DNA from: Lobosporangium transversale
Taxonomy: Eukaryota
Assembly: GCF_002105155.1 (NCBI RefSeq)
Contig: NW_019028992.1
Coordinates: 310,001-374,000, forward strand
Reading direction: 5' to 3'
DNA: 64,000 nt
The stretch's first letter is position 1, and each line of letters opens with the position of its first letter. Below the pieces are notes generated by a model that was given only the letters and a program-made list of their open reading frames with translations, was not told the origin of the DNA and did no database searches. Of this stretch, positions 25,144 to 36,767 are shown piece by piece. Made by a program: the position numbers and the translations under genes.

Positions 25144-25675
25144 ATGCGCGCCTGGTCCACTCCCTTCCTTCGCCCCATGGCCCCTTTCCTCGTTGGAGGC
25201 GCCATTACTTTCTATCTCATCAACAATGCTCAGGAATCTATGTTGAAGAGTACGTGTTTATTGCAATAGTCAGTAGCACTTATAAAAGTGTGCAATAAGC
25301 AACATCAGAGATGGGATTGGCTTTTGACATTACCTGATACAAAGCTTCTACTCTATGTAGACATTATTTGATGTGGATGTTATTGTTTAGTACGCTGGTT
25401 TTCCAGTCGCTAAATCTTGTAACCTATGTTGAATTTAACCTCTTTTTAACGTCTTATCCTTCCATAAACGTTCTTAACAGGCGATCAGTTCAAGAACGAC
25501 CCCCGCAATCCTCATTGTAAGTGAAAGAAGTATATTTGAATTTACTCTCTTTCTTTATTGATCCTTCAATGATTATTATCACGGCCTTTGCTCTACAGAG
25601 ACATTAGCAGATCCTGACTTCTTTCTTTTTCATTTTATAAATATAGTCACTGGCAAGAAAGAGGAGAAGCACTAA
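25144..25675 (+). CDS. ATP18: Mitochondrial ATP synthase subunit j (i/j), 56 aa; not in the ORF track
   Basis: Exons 25144-25249, 25481-25516 and 25647-25675 give MRAWSTPFLRPMAPFLVGGAITFYLINNAQESMLKSDQFKNDPRNPHFTGKKEEKH. The TP..RP..PF and F.NDPRNP signatures are those of fungal subunit j. Confidence 0.92.
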
Positions 25676-26148
25676 ACATGGAAAACATTATAGTCCACAG
25701 AATCTAGTGGAGTGTCCAGTTTCATGTAACCCAACCATTACAAAATAAAGCAACTCTATTCCTATTTTCCTCTGGCTTGATATCTACAGTAATACAGCTT
25801 GAGCTGTTGAATATGTCTCGTATTAAAAAGTAGCTGCTCTCACACTCACCCATGAATATGGCAGATAGTTATTTGATTATTCAATTTTTTTTTTTTAGTT
25901 ACAGCACATCTTACCCATGTATCAACCAAGTATTATTAGACAGGCACGAGGAAATGTCCTGGTCTCAGCCCCTTAAATGCAACGATGTGTGCTTTGTTTT
26001 GATTTTTTGAGATAGGAGCCACCCACGTTTGTGCGCAGAGTGAAGAGAGTGTGTGAGCGATCGATTCAATTGAAAGCAGCAGAACAAACATTGGATTTTC
26101 TTTTACTCCATCCTTTGATTGTCCTCAACGTAACCATCATCGTTCATC

Positions 26149-27384
26149 ATGACCCGTGTCTCCAACACTCCTTCTTCCCGTCCAGAGGTCATCCAATCTC
26201 TCATTGATGGAGTCGACAGATACAACCCCGACAATGTTTCTATCCTCGAGGAGTATCTTGCTGCTCAGTGCACCAATAAGGAGTGCGACACAATGGCTAA
26301 CCTTGCCATTCTCAAGTTGTAAGGAAATCAGCCTGGAGAGGACTATATTGAGTGGCTTTGAGGTTACATCCTTAAAGCTAGGATAGAATTTCATTGGAAA
26401 TCTGTTACTATGCGTCTCGTTCTCTACAAAATGAGGGTTCTGCCCAGGAACATGAGGATTTTGCAGATATAGTCGTTAGAGGAGAACATTGATTATTGAA
26501 TGTGTAGCCCATCACCATCAACAACAGGAGTCAACACTAATGCTCTAAAGGGTTATGTGATATATCGTGGAATGGGACTTTGGCCACTCAAACCACTCGA
26601 ATAACAAATACATGAGATGATATTCTAATTTACCTTATAATTTCTCAATTTTGTAGGTATCAATTCAACACACACCTGATTAGTGATCAAGTCGTCAACA
26701 ATATCTTGGTCAAAGCCTTAACAACACTCCCTGCCCCTGACTTTAACCTGTGCTTGTACCTTCTGAATGAACAGATGGTCACAGAGGAGCCAGTTGTCCG
26801 CCTTGTTGCTCTCCAGGATCTACTTGAACAGGCCAGGTTCGCGGATTTTTGGAAGACATACGAGGGTGATGACATTTATAAGGAGTTGACTGCTGAGGTT
26901 CTTGGGTTCGAGGATTCCATTCGCATCAGTATGTTGTATTGTTAAGGAAATGTTTCCATTTGGTTGCATTATCAAAGGACTCGGTTTATTAACCATATGA
27001 ATATGCTTACCCGTTATATACTATATACACTATCTGTCAAAAAATTGCCTGTAGATATTGCGAATGCTGTTGCTATGACCTTCCAGTCAATCGAGCTTCA
27101 GAGCTTGCAGACATATGTCCACTTGAAGGATCAGGATTTGTCAGAATTTATCAAGGCTCAAGGATGGACTGAGGCTAATGGTGTTGTCACCATCCCCGTC
27201 AACAAGGATAACGAGGCCAAGACCACTGTCTTGACTGAAAACATCAAGTTTGAACGTATGTGGAAAAAATTTTAATATGTCCTTTCATACATTCAAGGTG
27301 GACCAAAACTTACAATTTTCATGTATTCATTTCTTCTCCTTTTTAGAATTGACCAAGATTATAGGGTATTCGAACGATGCATAG
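26149..27384 (+). CDS. eIF3k: Eukaryotic translation initiation factor 3 subunit K; spliced
   Basis: GVDRYNPDNVSILEEYL, ANLAILKL|YQFN, ILVKALTTLPAPDFNLCLYLL and NEAKTTVLTENIKFE are eIF3k hallmarks. Confidence 0.95.
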
Positions 27385-27457
27385 AGAAGGATAATGGAGT
27401 CGAAAAGTAACAGATGAGGATAATAAAAGACTCGTGCTCGTAAAACGCAGCATTCTC

Positions 27458-27492
<35 letters not shown>

Positions 27493-27699
27493 GTTTGTGG
27501 TTGAAAATCAGCAGAATATTTTCTCAGGGTATTGAAGTATATATTAAGTTTCACGCGTGTACAAAAAAAAGAGATTTCATACTCCAAAATATGGTCTGCT
27601 CTTTTCACCATTTCTATCCCGCCGAACTGTTCTCTTCATCCACTTTTCCAAAACACGAAAAAGAGCTACGAAGCCAATTGAGGGAGATACGCACATCGA

Positions 27700-28245
27700 T
27701 GACTAGCGACACCTTTGATTCCCTTGGCTTAGGGATGCTCAGCAATTATTGACTCACATTCCTGGCTTCCGCCTTTGTCTGTCATCGTATTCTACGGCTC
27801 TCGGAGGTCATCAGTTCACTTTTTCCTGCAACGTATCCAAAGCTAAAGAGTAACTGCCTCTCCTTTTTTAAAAAATTAAACATGCAGTAAGCGAGTCCTG
27901 TTTTTTTTTTTTAAAGGCCCTTCTTGCAGTACTATGGAAGTATATTTCTGATGTTTGAACTAAGTCGCCCCTTTCTCAACACCCACTGGTTTTATGATGA
28001 GCCCGATTTCTCATGATTGACATCACTCACCCTGTATTATTATTTAAATTTGGTTTGCTGGATGGTTTATTGTCAATAGGACAAATTAGGAATGACAGGA
28101 AGTATCTACCAATTCATCAACGGAATCAACTTACTGTCAGTATTCTTCTCAGCAAGAATTGTGTTTGGTTTATATATGTCTTATCAGACATACTTGAGTG
28201 TAAAGGCCGTGATTGATTGGGTTCCATTGCACCTTATACATAGAG
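27700..28245 (+). pseudogene. TLC-domain (TMEM56-like) gene fragment, frameshifted and truncated
   Basis: YYGSIFLMFELS-(frameshift)-PFLNTHWF, then GMTGSIYQFINGINLLSVFFSARIVFG. It ends just before the retroelement debris. Confidence 0.65.
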
Positions 28246-28519
28246 TAGCCATGGTGCAAACGTGTATAATTACTACGTCCCCACTACGCTCGCACTGCGC
28301 CCCCACCCGCTTGTTACTATTTACACATGGGGCGCGTTTTTGAGCACAGATATTAATTTTTATGTAACACGTGTACTGTGAAATATGCAACAACTTTCCT
28401 TTTTATTGAGGCACGAGTTCCAAGCGTAGAAGCAAATTGAGACAGGACAAGGGTTGCATTTTGTGTGCAGCGCATTGATTTACGATACAGGAACCAAAAA
28501 AAAAAAAAAAAAAAAAAAA

Positions 28520-30843
28520 TTTATTATGGCGGGTTTGCCTTGATCCCGACCACTGAATAAATATCTCCCAGACGATGATTTCCCTTACCTCTTATCAATG
28601 ATATTATTGTTCGTCTTGCTGGCCATGCAATTTTCACAACCATTGATCTGTCGCAAGCATATCATCGCATGCCTATCAATCAGGCAGATCAGCCCTTAAC
28701 AGCATTTATGCACCAGGGTAAACAATATATGTTTAAGAAGGCACCTTTTGGCCTGAAACCATTGTCCAGCCTATTTCAACGAGGAATGTCTCGCATTCTT
28801 GGTGATCTTCCTTTCGTTTACATCTTCATTGACGGTATTGATATTTTTTCTAAGAACAGAGAAGAACATGCCGAACATGTACGCACTGTGATCGCTCGGC
28901 TCAACGATGCTAAGTTGATCATCAACAGCGGTAAATGTAATTTCTATAGTACGCAAATCTCATTGCTAGGCTTCATAATAGGCCTGCATGGTAAAAGTGT
29001 TGACTAAATTCGCAAATATCGATGATTGGGAGCCTCCAACTACTGCCAAACAAATTCAATCGTACTTAGGCACATTCAACTTTTTCCGCGAATATATACC
29101 ACTCATTAGTGAAGTTGCTGCGCCTTTGGATGCTCTGAGATGTCGAACAGATATTTTCACACTGAATAATGACCAATTACAATCTTTCAATGCCTTAAAA
29201 CGTCTGCTTACTCATGCACCTGTCTTATCCTTTTCTGACTTTAATCTACCATTCTATGTGGCAACTGATGCTTCTGATGTCGGAATTGGTGCGGTACTAT
29301 ACCAACTGCCTCGTGGCATGTCTTATCCAAAAAAATATAAATTATATTTCCTTCATGGCCAGATCGCTTCATCAAAGCGAACGAAAATACAGTGCAACGA
29401 AAAAAGAATTGTTAGCCATCGTTTTTGCCCTTAACAAATTTCACCATTATTTGTGGGGTAGACACTTTGATCTGTACACGGATCATCGTGCATTAATGTT
29501 TATTCACTCCCAACCTGATATGAATGCTATGATGACTAATTGGCAGGACGTACTACTACGATATTCATTTACGGTGCATTACCGACCAGGAGTGCTCAAT
29601 GTTTTACCTGACGCTTTATCACGCCTTTTTCCAGCACGCATGACTTTAAGACAACAAGCATTAGATGTGCATAGTGAACCTATGTTAGCATACATTCATG
29701 CTACTCAAGATTCTGACAATCTACGAAACATCGTGCCCGAAGAGAAACGGCGAGATGTCATGTATCGCGCTCATGCGATGGGCCACATCGGTACCAATGC
29801 TATGGTCAAATCTATCCATTCTGATGGTAAAACATGGCCGCATATAGCAAAAGACTGTACTGATTTCATCAAACGATGTCAATCATGCCAACGTATGAAT
29901 ATTGCAAAAAAAGGGTTACCACCCACTGAAAGCCATTCATGCCCAATTACCAGGAGAACATGTTGCTATCGATATAGCTGGCCCTTTCACAACATCAGAG
30001 AAGAATCACTCTTATCTGTTAATTATCGTTGACGTTTGTACTCGCTTTGTATTTCTTGATACACTACCTGATAAATCTGCTCTTACAATTGCTACGGTGT
30101 TGTTTAAGCAATTCACAGACATCGGTTTTCCTCGTATCATTCAGTCCGATAACGGCAACAGTTTGCCAATGAGTTACTACGTATCATTACTTCACGAATG
30201 TTTATTGAACATAGGTTAATCACTCCATACCATCCCCGAGGCAATGGTGTTGCTGAAAACCATGTCAAAACTGCATGTCAGATGATTAGAAAACAAATAA
30301 GACATGACAACAAACAATGGGATAATCATGCTCCGTTTGTCCAACTAAGTGCTAATACTCGAATAGTCAGTCTCCACAACTCCTCTCCTTTTTCTCTATT
30401 TTTTGCACGCAAAGCCAATGGCTTCAGCAACTATACTGATGAAGATGGCAAACCAATGAGTCAAGAAGAGTTACTTGAAAGGCTCAAATACATGACAGAA
30501 ATAGTCTTCCCCGCGATTCGACGGAAGTCTAAGCGAACTCAGCAGAAAATGATTGAGCGTTTCAATGCCACGGTACTTCTGAATTCTCTGACGGAGCAAA
30601 AGTCATGACTCTCGATCCGATCCGCGGTAATAAACTTACCCCACGCTATGAAGGATCTTACACTGCTGTGAACAAGAGTTCTCATGGTTCATATATACTC
30701 AAGGATGGTACAGGTACAATTCTGGCCAGACACTATGCTCCATCTCAACTGAAACTCGTACTTGATGACTTTGAAGACACTGACACATATGAAGTGGAGA
30801 CCATAATTGATCATCGGCAGAGTGCCTCGTCCCCTCATGAGTA
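28520..30843 (+). mobile_element. Ty3/Gypsy (chromovirus-like) pol remnant: RT, RNase H, integrase and start of a chromodomain; frameshifted
   Basis: TIDLSQAYHRM, PFGLK, FIDG (degenerate YxDD), VATDASDVGIGAVL, KELLAIVFAL, TDHRAL, His/Cys zinc-binding H..GH..C..CQ, IQSDNG, YHPRGNG.AE and YEVETIIDHR. No LTR identified. Confidence 0.93.
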
Positions 30844-32305
30844 AAAGGGCTACTCACTCATGCACCGATATTGTCATTTCCAGATTTTGGCAAACCCTTT
30901 TATGTTGCAACAGATGCGTCCGATGTTGGCGTTGGAGCAGTCTTGTATCAATTACCAGAATGGGTCTCAAAGCCTAACAAAATTAACTATATATCCTTCA
31001 TGGCACGCTCTCCTCAAGAACGAGAACGAAAATATAGTGCCACGAAAAAGGAGTTACTAGGAATAGTATTTGCTTTGAATAAGTTCCACTACTACCTGTG
31101 GGGCAGGCATTTTCATCTGTACTCAGATCATCATGCATTGACCTATATCCATTCGCAGTTAAATTTGAATGCAATGATGACCAATTGGCAGGATACTATC
31201 CTCAACTATTCTTTCACGGTCCATTACAGATCTGGAATATTGAATATCCTACCCGATGCACTATCCGGATTATTCCCACCTGCTGTCCTGCTCAAGCAGA
31301 AGGCTATAAAGGAACAAGAGAATATCGCTATAGCATACATGCATGTCTTGCAAAACAAAGAAACTTTAAGGGCAATTGTCCCCGAGAAAGAAAGGAATGA
31401 CATACTACATCGCGTGCATGCGATGGGTCATATTGGTACAAAATGCCATGGTTAAGTCAATCCATGATCAGGAACAAACTTGGCCAAAGCTTGCTGAGGA
31501 CTGCTCAGACTTCATTAAGAGATGTCGTGAATGTCAACGAATGAATATCGCTAGAAAAGGATATCATCCTATGAAGGCAATTCATGCCCAGCTGCCAGGT
31601 GAACATATGGCAATAAATCTTGCAGGACCATTCGTCGAGTCTGAAGATAAAAATTCGTATCTTCTTGTCCTCGTAGATGTCTGCACGAGGTTTGTCTTAT
31701 TGGATGCAATTCCTGACAAATCAGCCTATAGTGTAGCTAAGGCATTATTCAAACGATTCACCGATGCCGGTTTTCCATGTGTATTACAATCTGATAACGG
31801 AAAAGAATTCACAAATGAAGTTCTTCGCATCATGACTACTCAGATGCATATCGATCATCGATTAATAACACCTTATCATCCTAGAGGAAATGGTGTAGCA
31901 GAAAATCATGCTAAATCCACGTGTAACATGATATGGCTAAAGATCGTACTAAATTCTGGGACAGACACATCCCTTTTATTCAACTATCTATGAACACCAG
32001 GATTGTCCATCTGCATAATTCCTCTCCAAGCTCTATTCTTTGCCAGAAAAGCCAATAGTTTCAGCAATTATACTAATGACAAAGGGGTACTAATGAACCC
32101 TGAAGAGCTTCTAGAAACACTCAAATATATGACAGAAGTCGTATTCCCTGCTGTTCGCAAGAAAGCCAAAGCAACTCAATTAAAAATGATTAAGCGCTTC
32201 AATGCTGCTGTACTGCATAATGAATTCCCCGATGATGCCAAAGTCATGACTCTGGATCCAATTAGAGCGGACAAACTTGCCCCTCGATACGAAGGACCAT
32301 ATTAT
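30844..32305 (+). mobile_element. Second, related Ty3/Gypsy pol remnant (RNase H and integrase) fused directly after the first
   Basis: It restarts at LLTHAPILSFPDFGKPFYVATDASD and runs through LQSDNGKEF and YHPRGNG to LAPRYEGPY. It has multiple frameshifts and is clearly diverged from copy 1. Confidence 0.92.
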
Positions 32306-32516
32306 TCTACTGCAAGCGTGGTCCTTAACACGTTAAACTTGTTTTGGTTCTTCAAATGTTTTAAGCGTTTATTAAGCAATTCGCAACTAAGAAATATACA
32401 TCAGGTAGCCCAAAGTTAAAAAATGACAACGACCAAAGCCAGACACCAAAACTGAAGAAAAACAGATAAATGCATCGAACAGTTGAGTAGGAAGAAGAAA
32501 TGAAAGAGAAGCTATC

Positions 32517-32548
<32 letters not shown>

Positions 32549-32832
32549 ATGGCGAAGCATGTTAGATGAACATGAACAACAGTTGGTATGCAATGTGGAT
32601 TGTGTTTATTTGCTCAGATTAAATTAAGCGGCGCGCTTTTGTTTTGACCTATTTGTGAAACAACCAAAGAGCTGTTGTTCAACGCCTTCTTACTGAATCA
32701 TTCGTCGTATGTTGCCACCAAATTTTCGCGACACCCGAATAAAACTGATGTTATAATCAATCATCTGCGCAGACGTCTGTTGCTTCGGTAAACATGCGCC
32801 TCACTTTCTCAATTGCGCATAAATATCTCTCC

Positions 32833-32868
<36 letters not shown>

Positions 32869-32961
32869 CTTTTCGTCAATTCACTTCCCATCATCTCTCA
32901 CTTTGCCTTCCACTCGTTAACTCTTCCCAAGAACCCTCTTTCAATTATAAAAAAGCACAAC

Positions 32962-33588
32962 ATGGCAAAGCTCGGAACCCTTAGTCACATCTCCCTGTCC
33001 GTCTCGGACTATGAGCAGGGCAAGAAGTTCTATTCTTTCCTTTTGGTCGATCTCCTGGGTTATAAATTGATTACTGAACATCCCTACTTTACCATGTGGG
33101 CTCTTCAAACTGGTGAATGTAAGCAGAAGAAGAAAAATAGAAAGACGAATCGCGCAACTACATTTGATGACAAGAAATGATGTTTTTTTTTTTTTTTTTT
33201 TCATTTTTCTCACGCTATCCTTTTGGTACAAAAAAAAAAAGGTATCTGTATCTCGCCTGGGAACAAGACTCCTCATCATAAATCTAACCCTGGCCTGCAT
33301 CACCTTGCTTTCAACACCGAGACTCATGAGCAAATCGATGAGCTTTACAATAAGGTTGTGCAGTTTCAAGAGGCAAACAAGGAGATGAGTGGCAGTGTCA
33401 TCCTTGATAAGCCAGCCTTGTACCCTCAATACGGGGAGGGTTACTATGCGTAAGTGGCAATGTTAATTTCGAATAACTTGATTTTATCAAATCTGACTTT
33501 ATTGATCCCACTTATCGCTAGTGTTTTCTTCACTGATCCCGATGGCATCAAGTTGGAGCTCGCCTACACCCCTTCCTACCTGAAGTAA
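32962..33588 (+). CDS. VOC/glyoxalase-bleomycin resistance superfamily protein, 143 aa
   Basis: Exons 32962-33118, 33242-33449 and 33522-33588. Motifs SHISLSVSD..FY, GLHHLAFN and YGEGYYAVFFTDPDGIKLEL. Confidence 0.9.
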
Positions 33589-33850
33589 ATTGATTTTACT
33601 CTCGGAAATTACAGGGCCAATACACCACCACCAAATCATTATGTAAATTTTGGATTGCCTGGAAAGTCATTCTTATAGTTATATAGCGTATATGTAAAAA
33701 AAAAAAAAAAAAAAAAAAAAAACATCGAACATGATCTGGCACTCCAATAAAATAAAAAAAAAAGTGATTGTATTGGATGCTAAATAGCTGCTGATTAAGG
33801 TATATGCTTAGAAAGGTGCCGTTACTCGCTATATAGTAATAATGAAATGA

Positions 33851-35854
33851 CTATTCATATTCCTGCTCTACTAGCTCAATAGCTTTGAAAAGGTTGTAAA
33901 GCGATACAGCCCATTCATCCGTCGGGCCAGGTCTCTTATAGCTGAGACAATCTTGCCCGCCGACATGTCCATCAGGACGCATATTAGTCATAGTCGCTAC
34001 ATTCCAATATACCCCACCACTAGCTTCAATAATTGCTTTAGCGATTTGATTCTGACGGTCATAATGGCCCCAGTCTAACGGGTAGCCTAGCATCTCTGCA
34101 ATAGGGATGCCATGGTCAAATGGTTCTGCTGGTGCAGAGAACGTAGTCCCTTTATGCGCTAGGTAAAGTGGCAGCCTCTTGGATTTCCGTTGCTTTCGCT
34201 GTTTTCGCTGTTTTCGCTGCTTTCGTCGTTTCCGTTTCTTTCGCTCTTTTTCTTGTTGAACTTGATGAGTGTCTTTGTCCTTTTCGCTCACCCGAGGAGG
34301 TATTTGGTGAGGATCCTTGTCTGTCTGCTGCGGTTGCTGTAGCTGTTGCTGCCTTAATTGATAACGATGGCGGTTAAAGTCATTGGCTTTGGATGGACAG
34401 TCTGGGTGCCCTACAGGGTTGTTCCGATAAATGATCAAGGCACCTGGCCGTGTCTTACGGATCTTTACTACAGCATCAATTAAACGCCTTCGGAACCTTT
34501 TATCTTGGACCGCCTGATGTGGTGCGCCTAGAATGACTGTGTCCTTTAGTTTCATGTCTCTCAACCATGGCATCTCTACTGGATCCTGGCTTTTCGTTTC
34601 GTTCAGCCTGCTCTTTCGAGGGCGCGTTGGCGAGAGTAAATCGTTTCGGACAAACTTGAGACGGACATCGTTCGGTGGAGGACAGAGTGGATGTCCTACT
34701 CCTAGATGACAAGCCATGTCACCGTAGCATGCTTGTGGCGTATCGAACATGTTATACATGATGGAATCATGAAGTTGCCAGTGAATCAAGTCTCCAACAA
34801 GAATAATATGCCGAGGCCCCAGGATTCTACAGAAATCTTCTGGTTGGATTCTTTGAGAATGCCATCCTTTCGTGGTCGGTAATGACGCCGGCGTCTCCAT
34901 ACTTGTTGCTGCTGTGTCTGTAAGGATGGGCTCCCAGTGATATTTACCAGCTTCTGGAAATGGTGGTCTGTCAATAGCCACGTCTCGATCCCGCTCGTTC
35001 TTCTTCTTTTTACTCCAACCAGTCGCGCCTCCAAGGTCTGGGTAATCTCGATCAGACTCATAAACCCAACGACCCTTGTTTAAGGCTTCGTCCATCAGCT
35101 GCCGAAACCGTTTCGCCTTTTCAGCTGTGTTCAACTTGGTACCTGGGATACTGTTATGTAACATCTGAAATTCGCCAAGGATCTCTTGCGCGAATTCAGT
35201 AGCTTCCAGGACACTATTTTGAACCAGCTGAACATAGTCTGATTCTGATTTAATCTTGTGGAGCCTGATAGCCTTTTGTTGTTTGACAATCATCGTGTTA
35301 AAGTTGGCCAAGAGTTCCTGTTGGTAGGCCTGTTGCTGTTGTCGCCGTTGTTGGTTCTGAGAAAGGAGTTGCTGTGGGCTTGGCGTTGATGATGGGGATA
35401 ATGATGATTTCTCTGTTGCTGGTGCGTGTCGTTGCTGTTGATTTGATCGCATATATTGGGAAAGAAGGTCAGAGTCTTCCGTTTGCGAGCTAGACTGTAG
35501 GTATTCTGACTGTAGATATCTCGAGGACAGTTCATCCAGTTCCATAAAAAAAGCCTTGCGCTTATAGCCCCTAAAGCTGCTGTTATTCACCATGTCTTCC
35601 TCAATCCCAACATTGCTAGTACTCTCATTTGTCTGTTTTTGGTTTAATTTTTGTTGATAAAGTATTTCGTCTTCTGCATGCTTCATGACATAAAGCGGAA
35701 TGATGCATCCCATGCCGAAGTAGAGAATCATCAACATTCGGAATCGGAATTTCGACAGTCTACGACGCCCAAACAGTCGAAACGTATTATCATTACTTCC
35801 TCTTGCGCTCTGCGGAAAGATTCCTGAGAGCGGTCGTCCACTGGTTGCAACCAT
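33851..35854 (-). CDS. Type II membrane PC-esterase/TBL (SGNH-like acyltransferase/esterase family) homolog, 667 aa, catalytic motifs altered
   Basis: Intronless ORF with an N-terminal TM segment. GRWVY, YHWEP, ILVGDLIHWQ, IIYRNNPVGHPDC and RPDGH..DCLSYKRPGP.DEW match the TBL/PC-esterase layout. Confidence 0.8.
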   Translation of the reverse strand: MVATSGRPLSGIFPQSARGSNDNTFRLFGRRRLSKFRFRMLMILYFGMGCIIPLYVMKHAEDEILYQQKLNQKQTNESTSNVGIEEDMVNNSSFRGYKRKAFFMELDELSSRYLQSEYLQSSSQTEDSDLLSQYMRSNQQQRHAPATEKSSLSPSSTPSPQQLLSQNQQRRQQQQAYQQELLANFNTMIVKQQKAIRLHKIKSESDYVQLVQNSVLEATEFAQEILGEFQMLHNSIPGTKLNTAEKAKRFRQLMDEALNKGRWVYESDRDYPDLGGATGWSKKKKNERDRDVAIDRPPFPEAGKYHWEPILTDTAATSMETPASLPTTKGWHSQRIQPEDFCRILGPRHIILVGDLIHWQLHDSIMYNMFDTPQACYGDMACHLGVGHPLCPPPNDVRLKFVRNDLLSPTRPRKSRLNETKSQDPVEMPWLRDMKLKDTVILGAPHQAVQDKRFRRRLIDAVVKIRKTRPGALIIYRNNPVGHPDCPSKANDFNRHRYQLRQQQLQQPQQTDKDPHQIPPRVSEKDKDTHQVQQEKERKKRKRRKQRKQRKQRKQRKSKRLPLYLAHKGTTFSAPAEPFDHGIPIAEMLGYPLDWGHYDRQNQIAKAIIEASGGVYWNVATMTNMRPDGHVGGQDCLSYKRPGPTDEWAVSLYNLFKAIELVEQEYE

Positions 35855-36191
35855 GTTGGATGTAGCTCACAGATAGTCCACAGTCTCACTATTAAAAAAA
35901 GCTGCTATTTCAATGTGCTTTTACCAAAGAGTGCAGATCTTGAGTAAAAAGAGGCAATCAAGCGTAGAGAATGGGTGAAATGAGAAGAAAAGAAGATAAC
36001 CGCCATTTTTCTTAGCAATCATGGATAAAAATTATTCTTTCTCCTCCTGTCTGTCTCTCAACATCCACTATTGTCTCTTTCTCTCCTTGTTTTAACATTC
36101 CATTTGTGCCTCACATGCAGAGTAAAAGATGGAAAGTCAACTCTTTTTATTTATCAAATCATTATTATCGTCGTTATAGACAAATGTCTCT

Positions 36192-36674
36192 CTAGAGCTC
36201 ATCGTGTTTCTTGCTCGGTTTTTCTTCTTCCTCCTTTAACTCCTCAGAGACCGAGCCAGGGAAGGGAGCTTCAGGAACAACATCACGGTTGTGTTCTAGT
36301 AAATCAGTCTTCGGGTCAAATTGGCACACAGCTGGCGTCCTGAACTTGAACAGATACTCACATTTCTCGGGTTCAGAGACTGCCACAAGCTCGTTGACCG
36401 ATCCACAGCTCATCATCACCTTTAAGGGAAAAAAAAGCTATTATTAACATTTTTACACCGAAAGATATTGCAATATTATGTATTGATATCGTATACTAAA
36501 ATATACCTTGACGGATCTTTCTGGTCCGTTCCAGCATCTTGTTCCTTCTGTGTACAACTGAGTATCGTACTTTTCGCCGAGCCAAGATGAGAATTTGCTA
36601 AACACCAAATCAGATTGGAAAAAACACACACACACTTCAGTTCTATCTTCGTAACAAGAAAGCCCTTTTTTATA

Positions 36675-36767
<93 letters not shown>

